Of a DNA stretch of 64,000 bases, positions 61,601 to 64,000 are shown in pieces. The notes beneath the pieces were generated by a model. That model had not been told where the DNA came from and did not search any database. It saw nothing but the letters and a program-made list of their open reading frames with translations. Each line of letters starts with the position of its first letter. The first letter of the stretch is position 1. Origin of the DNA: Eledone cirrhosa (Eukaryota); assembly GCA_964016885.1 (NCBI GenBank), contig CAXHJY010000281.1, positions 1-64,000 on the forward strand, given 5' to 3'. The translations under genes were made by a program, and so were the position numbers.

Positions 61601-63289
61601 AATTTAATGTGGACTGGGTGCTTTTTGTCGTGACACCTACATGACCACTTTACAGTGTGGGCTGGATATTTTTGTTCACAGTGTAGATGTATGTTTGAGT
61701 CTGTGCGCATGGGAAGGCGTCTTCTGAATTACTGTGTAACGTCAGTATATTTTTGATCTTCTCATGGGTTGTTGTTCTTTATGTAATCCATTATCATCAA
61801 CATGTAGATATAATCAAATAATTAATATTTATGCTTAAGATTTAAGATTAATTTAATATAGATCCAACTAGAGATTTCGATTTAAAAGAATAAAGTGAGA
61901 AGTGTAAACTCTTTCAACTATTCCACTGTATTCAGAAAAACAAGATTATTCGTATCAGAATATAACTACCCCTATGATTCTGCATACCGAGAAACATATA
62001 TAGAAAGGGCATTTAACCATAGAAAACTTGCCAAATAAAAGGTTGAGGAGACTCCTCAATTGTGTCAAAGGCATGACAACCTCCCTAGTGTTGGTGCCAC
62101 AATAAAATGCAGCCTCGGGCCTATCGGAGCTGTCAGTAGCTCTGATCAAGTACTGACTTCATCTGAGAAGTCATTTAAATCATCATCACCATCACCATTT
62201 AATGTCCCTGTTTCCTTGCTGGCATGGTTAGACGAGTTACCTTGTGCGCAATGCCAGGTTATGATCATGTCATGCTCAAACAGAACCGATTTTGGCTTTG
62301 TTTCTACAGCTGGATGCCCTTCCTAGCGCTAACCTCATTTACAGTGAGTACTGGGTGCTTTTTGTTGTGACTCCCATGACCACTTTACAGTGTGGGCAGG
62401 GCGCTTTTTGTTGTCACCATCACAGCCAGTTTATAGTGTGTGCTGGAGGCTTCACTGGATGTATACTTCAACTAGTCCTTGTGGGGTGGTGGGAGTGGTG
62501 CATACTATGTACGAGGGTAATCCCAAAAGTAAGGTCTCCAAAGCGATTGGGACGCAGAGAAACTGTTCGTACGGCTGTTGGCAACACTGTTGTGATTGGT
62601 GCTTCCTTCACTCCCAAACAAGCATGCGCACGCTTCGCTGGGATGCTCAATCTTGGCTTGGCAGCCGTTGAGAATGGAGCTCCCATTGAACGCTACCGCC
62701 AAGTGCAAATTTCGCGCAGTTATTATATAGAGGGCAATCCCAAAAGTAAGGTCTCCTTCCGAGGAAAACATGCGTAAAGATCGGCGGATCACTCTGGATG
62801 CTTTCTGGATGTTCCTGAGGTTTCCTGAAGCACCATCCACAGGATTTTAACGGAAAAGTTGCAATATCGGAAGGAGACCTTACTTTTGGGATTGCCCTCG
62901 TATATGCTTCAGCTTTGGCCTGTGCCCATCAGAAGTTGGGTCTTTTGTATTACTGCGTAACGCCAGAGATCTCTGTCCAATTGCACCTCTCAAAAGTGAT
63001 GATATAGGACCAGGTCAGCTTTTATCACCTCGTCCCAACTCTCCTTGGGTCTCCCCTCTCCATGGCTTCCATCGACTTTGAGCACTCTGCACCTTTTAAT
63101 ACATGATAGTTATTTTTCTTTTCTTTTATCTTTTTTTTTTAGTTGGATGCAGGTGTTATGGACAAAGTGACACTGATGTCACGAGATGAACAAACTATGC
63201 TGGTGGTTTCTTATGCAGAACTGAAGCAAAGTTTTGAAAGTGCATTTGCCGAACTGCTGACTGCCACACAACACACAAACTTTGCCTAA
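22217..63289 (+). CDS. PAN3: PAN3, PAN2-PAN3 deadenylation complex pseudokinase subunit; 3' portion, 8 coding exons (5' exons outside the window)
   Basis: Manually spliced exons give [19 protein letters not shown]...[34 protein letters not shown]...[16 protein letters not shown]...[18 protein letters not shown]...[19 protein letters not shown]...[11 protein letters not shown]...[21 protein letters not shown]...[17 protein letters not shown]. This matches the metazoan PAN3 pseudokinase, coiled-coil and C-terminal knob as I recall them. All introns are GT-AG and phases are consistent. Confidence 0.97.
22805..23100. repeat. Purine-rich tandem duplication, ~163 bp period, 2 diverged copies
   Basis: GAAGAGAGTAGCTACTA...GGAGTGAGGGTGTATAGTGRTGGTGAGGATAGCT at ~22805 and ~22968. 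Confidence 0.75.
23225..24000 (-). mobile_element. Degraded RTE LINE fragment (RT to C-terminus)
   Basis: The reverse complement contains TATGCTGATGAC (YADD, ~23986-23997), a KWPCSIC-like stretch and an [11 protein letters not shown]-like stretch; many indels. Confidence 0.8.
24138..24300 (+). CDS. PAN3: PAN3 coding exon
   Basis: tgccag|CT GGT...TCA AG|gtaagt; 163 nt; [53 protein letters not shown]. Confidence 0.96.
24903..25385. mobile_element. Two RTE-type 3' end copies, tail to tail (+ 24903-25073; - 25085-25385) across a short (TA)n
   Basis: GTGGTTGGTGTTAGGAAGGGCATCCAGCTGTA...GGACGTTAAAC..GATGATGAT-(AT)n-CATCATCATCA..TTTACGTCC...GATGCCCTTCCTAACACCAACC. Confidence 0.85.
26380..26610 (-). 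mobile_element. tRNA-derived CORE-like SINE
   Basis: CTTGCTCAAGGACACA and GGGAATCAAACTC (B box on minus strand); homologous to 59212-59480 and 57030-57210. Confidence 0.65.
26690..30143 (+). mobile_element. Degraded composite RTE LINE with AP-endonuclease and RT remnants plus a nested RTE piece (28057-28692)
   Basis: [29 protein letters not shown] and [11 protein letters not shown] (endonuclease); GNYRGIKL twice, HQGSVL twice, RRLQWYGHV-like; 3' UTR ending GATGTTAAATAGTGAT. Many stops and deletions. Confidence 0.88.
30190..30695 (+). mobile_element. RTE-tail/SINE element with three tandem copies of the GGAAGGGCATCCAGC module
   Basis: TGTAAAYGTG..TGG..TTAGGAAGG.CATCCAGC.GTAAAA...CAACTGGCCAAAC..CCTCATAA at ~30204, ~30339 and ~30526, then a single AACGTTAAACAATGATGAT tail. 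Confidence 0.75.
32376..32558 (-). mobile_element. tRNA-derived SINE (family with GCCTTTCATCCT..GGGGTCGATAAAATAA core)
   Basis: Reverse-complement homolog of 36164-36353 and 41060-41246; B box GAGTTCAAATCC. Confidence 0.8.
33348..33720 (-). mobile_element. RTE-type 3' end copy containing a 29-bp minisatellite (33542-33670, ~4.4 units)
   Basis: CATCATCATCGTTTAACGTCC start; unit ATGACCACTTTACAATCTGTGCCACCTAC at 33571, 33600 and 33629. Confidence 0.85.
34081..34168 (+). CDS. PAN3: PAN3 coding exon
   Basis: tcacag|G TTG CGG...TAT CAG|gtaaga; 88 nt; [29 protein letters not shown]. Confidence 0.96.
34850..35130. mobile_element. piggyBac-like MITE (family A) carrying a 48-nt SINE 3' end with a 17-bp TSD
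   Basis: TTAA-CCCTTTAGCATTTA...TAAATGCTAAAGAA-TTAA; ATTATATTTTCACAGTA duplicated at 34886-34902 and 34951-34967. Confidence 0.85.
35131..35730 (-). pseudogene. Decayed coding-like fragment: basic K/T/S/P repeats followed by an acidic segment; origin unknown
   Basis: Minus strand reads [44 protein letters not shown]...[16 protein letters not shown], frameshift, [37 protein letters not shown]..., frameshift, [33 protein letters not shown]. Confidence 0.45.
36164..36353 (+). mobile_element. tRNA-derived SINE
   Basis: A-box-like TGGCAGTATTGG, B box GAGTTCAAATCC, 3' end GTGCCAAAAGTAGAAACAATT; at least 4 near-full copies in the window. Confidence 0.82.
36823..38938 (+). mobile_element. RTE-clade LINE copy 2, 5'-truncated, RT nearly intact (ORFs 36995-37408 and 37426-38601 split by a 1-nt frameshift)
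   Basis: [61 protein letters not shown]; (GAT)n tail; flanked by (TA)n on both sides. Confidence 0.96.
39582..39758. mobile_element. Tc1/mariner(pogo)-type MITE with TA ends
   Basis: Left TAGCGTATTTCCCAGCATCGAAGACGC vs reverse complement of right TACCATATTTCCCGGTGCCGAAGATGC. Confidence 0.7.
40145..40312. mobile_element. piggyBac-like MITE (family A), diverged
   Basis: Homologous to 21743-21948; ends TTTAAATGTTAAAGGG-TTAA. Confidence 0.75.
40340..40987 (+). mobile_element. RTE LINE copy 3, heavily 5'-truncated
   Basis: Near-identical to 38266-38938 (AATATACGTGAACGGCAAAGCATAAACG...GGACGTTAAACGATGATG). Confidence 0.95.
41060..41246 (+). mobile_element. tRNA-derived SINE
   Basis: TGGCAGTATCGG...GAGTTCAAATCCCGCCGAGGTTAACTTTGCCTTTCATCC...AGTAGAAACAATT. 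Confidence 0.82.
41262..41608. mobile_element. Putative Tc1/mariner-type MITE in (TA)n
   Basis: TACTCTTGGG...CCCAACAGTA short inverted ends; internal AATAAGCAGGG direct repeats. Confidence 0.4.
42674..42839 (+). mobile_element. RTE LINE 3' terminal fragment
   Basis: Near-identical to 1916-2083; (GAT)n tail. Confidence 0.9.
43463..43649 (-). mobile_element. tRNA-derived SINE, full length, with 18-bp TSD
   Basis: TGTGTAGAGAATTATAAT (43445-43462) / TGTGTATAGAATTATAAT (43650-43667); body is the reverse complement of 41060-41246. Confidence 0.88.
44690..44968 (+). mobile_element. 3' fragment of a second LINE family
   Basis: [18 protein letters not shown]...[15 protein letters not shown]...ASDRTCWKQ, a typical post-RT C-terminus; AGA-rich tail. 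Confidence 0.7.
47098..47237 (+). CDS. PAN3: PAN3 coding exon
   Basis: ttgtag|CAA GAA GAC...ATT CT|gtaagt; 140 nt; [46 protein letters not shown]. Confidence 0.96.
47297..48775 (-). mobile_element. Non-autonomous Helitron-like element
   Basis: Minus-strand 3' end CCCAAGCAACGCCGGG (hairpin)-CCATTGTG-CTAG-t; the other end is ACAGACAGAC..TTTTATATATA; internal duplications (47757-47975 vs 48027-48320). Confidence 0.65.
49810..52620 (-). mobile_element. Degraded RTE LINE (endonuclease through 3' tail), interrupted by short insertions
   Basis: ORF 52335-52685 AGVGILL...[13 protein letters not shown]...AYALQS; ORF 50261-50461 [10 protein letters not shown]...[21 protein letters not shown]; CATCATCATC tail at ~49810. 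Confidence 0.88.
52727..54590 (+). mobile_element. Degraded RTE LINE, head to head with the minus-strand copy
   Basis: Colinear with 26965-29165; ORF 53801-54004 [26 protein letters not shown]; tail GACGTTAAATGGTCATGATG-(TA)n. Confidence 0.88.
54837..54966 (+). CDS. PAN3: PAN3 coding exon
   Basis: ttgtag|A TAT TTG...GCG AAG|gtgaaa; 130 nt; [43 protein letters not shown]. Confidence 0.96.
55178..55242 (+). CDS. PAN3: PAN3 coding exon
   Basis: ttgcag|GAA GTT GAA AAT GGT...CCA GA|gtaaga; 65 nt; [21 protein letters not shown]. Confidence 0.95.
56027..56350 (-). mobile_element. Young RTE 3' UTR copy, antisense to PAN3
   Basis: The reverse complement is near-identical to 38645-38938 and 40690-40987. 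Confidence 0.93.
56841..56960. repeat. ~40-bp tandem repeat, 3 copies
   Basis: CATCACCCCTTCCTTCCTCA.TCAT.TCTAGTG(TG)TGA repeated three times. Confidence 0.8.
58559..58697 (+). CDS. PAN3: PAN3 coding exon
   Basis: ttccag|A TTT TCA...AAC AAG|gtgagt; 139 nt; [46 protein letters not shown]. Confidence 0.96.
58795..59065 (+). mobile_element. Old LINE 3' fragment
   Basis: AAAAATAGAATGAGATGGTTGGGTCATGTGTTGAGG = [12 protein letters not shown]. Confidence 0.6.
59212..59480 (+). mobile_element. tRNA-derived CORE-like SINE
   Basis: Degenerate A box, GCTTCGATTCC B box, then GTGTTCTTGAGCAAAACACTTCATTTCAC core-like block. Confidence 0.7.
60880..61420 (+). repeat. Four diverged tandem copies (~130-150 bp) of a dispersed repeat module
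   Basis: GATAC...GTCACAACT.GAA..TCTT..ATC.TAAGTCT...GG..CTAAACAAC at ~60881, ~61030, ~61158 and ~61310; single copies at ~49245 (+) and ~57295 (-). Confidence 0.7.
62180..63100 (-). mobile_element. RTE LINE 3' fragment ending ~40 nt before the last PAN3 acceptor, interrupted by a mariner derivative
   Basis: CATCATCACC tail, GGATGCCCTTCCTAGCGCTAACC; minus strand reads [31 protein letters not shown]. Confidence 0.85.
62512..62900 (+). mobile_element. Mariner deletion derivative, 28-bp TIRs, TA target duplication, extra internal TIR
   Basis: TA-CGAGGGTAATCCCAAAAGTAAGGTCTCC...GGAGACCTTACTTTTGGGATTGCCCTCG-TA; transposase remnants [17 protein letters not shown] (ATG 62674) and [13 protein letters not shown]...[15 protein letters not shown]. 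Confidence 0.92.
63143..63289 (+). CDS. PAN3: PAN3 terminal coding exon with stop codon
   Basis: poly-T tract, ag|TTG GAT GCA GGT...TTT GCC TAA; 147 nt; [48 protein letters not shown]. Confidence 0.96.
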   Translation: MDAGVMDKVTLMSRDEQTMLVVSYAELKQSFESAFAELLTATQHTNFA

Positions 63290-63684
63290 ATCTACCTCCA
63301 GCTTGAAAAAGAAAGAAAAGAAAAAAAGAAAATCCACAAAAAACAGTAACTTTTTTTTTTCTGTTAATAGTTGTAATAGTTTTTTTTTTCTTCTTCTATG
63401 GAGGTGTGGCTTAGTGGTATCAAAGAGTTAGAGGTGAGGAAAGCCATGTTATTCATGAATGGGAGGGCGGGGAAAAGTTAGCTATTTTGTACTTATAAAC
63501 CCACGTTTATCTTTTTTGCCATCAATCCTTCCATTTTGCTGAGAATTTCATCATGTAACCCACAAATGTTGATATAACAAAACAATTGGTTAAAAAAAAA
63601 GAAAAAAAGATTCTCAAGGAAATTTTTTAATGAAAACAAAAAAAGCGGGGAGCAAAAAATAACAGGCAGCAATGTTTCTCTTTT

Positions 63685-63718
<34 letters not shown>

Positions 63719-64000
63719 TCCCCCCCATGCCCATGTTTTTCTCTTTTTTTTTTCTCTCCCTTTATCAATTAAGAAAATAAAATCATGTTGGGAGGTTGGG
63801 AAAAAAATGTGAAAATATAAACATAATTAAATCAAAAGGTGAAATTGTTGTTGGGGAGCCTAAGAGTTGTGATGGTTGACGTTTTTAAAAAAAAATTTTT
63901 TTTTAATAGTTGTTTTTAAGTCTGATTATTATTATAAGTAGAATTAATAGTTAATTGTTGTTGTTATGATTATTACTATTATTATTATTATTATTATTAT
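63290..64000 (+). promoter_or_regulatory. PAN3 3' UTR (A/U-tract rich) with candidate polyadenylation signal AATAAA at 63776-63781
   Basis: Directly follows the stop codon. Repeat-poor, with A-tracts and U-tracts. The true 3' end cannot be determined from sequence. Confidence 0.55.

Noticed and set aside
62292-62840. Cluster of overlapping 72-161 aa ORFs
   Set aside because: Explained by GC-richer mariner and RTE remnants; only two short transposase fragments are real coding relics.

Overview
AT-rich animal genomic DNA, most likely from a coleoid cephalopod such as Octopus (inferred from the RTE LINE/SINE content and the (TA)n/(GAT)n landscape; not proven). The window holds the 3' part of one + strand spliced gene, PAN3 (pseudokinase subunit of the PAN2-PAN3 deadenylase). 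Eight coding exons lie at 22217-22342, 24138-24300, 34081-34168, 47098-47237, 54837-54966, 55178-55242, 58559-58697 and 63143-63289 (stop TAA). All seven complete introns are GT-AG with matching phases. Everything else is intron or 3' UTR. The first 22 kb, upstream of the first visible exon and inferred to be intronic, contains an RTE LINE, a 64-bp-arm hairpin with a hammerhead-like core and an ~18.3 kb satellite of 23-25 bp units with nested higher-order duplications. The other introns are packed with RTE LINE copies in both orientations (with a PHD-type finger inside the RT), tRNA-derived SINEs, piggyBac-like and Tc1/mariner MITEs, a Helitron-like element and one unexplained decayed coding fragment. 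Almost all short ORFs in the supplied track are spurious. I see no convincing new protein-coding system; the best leads are RNA- and repeat-level.
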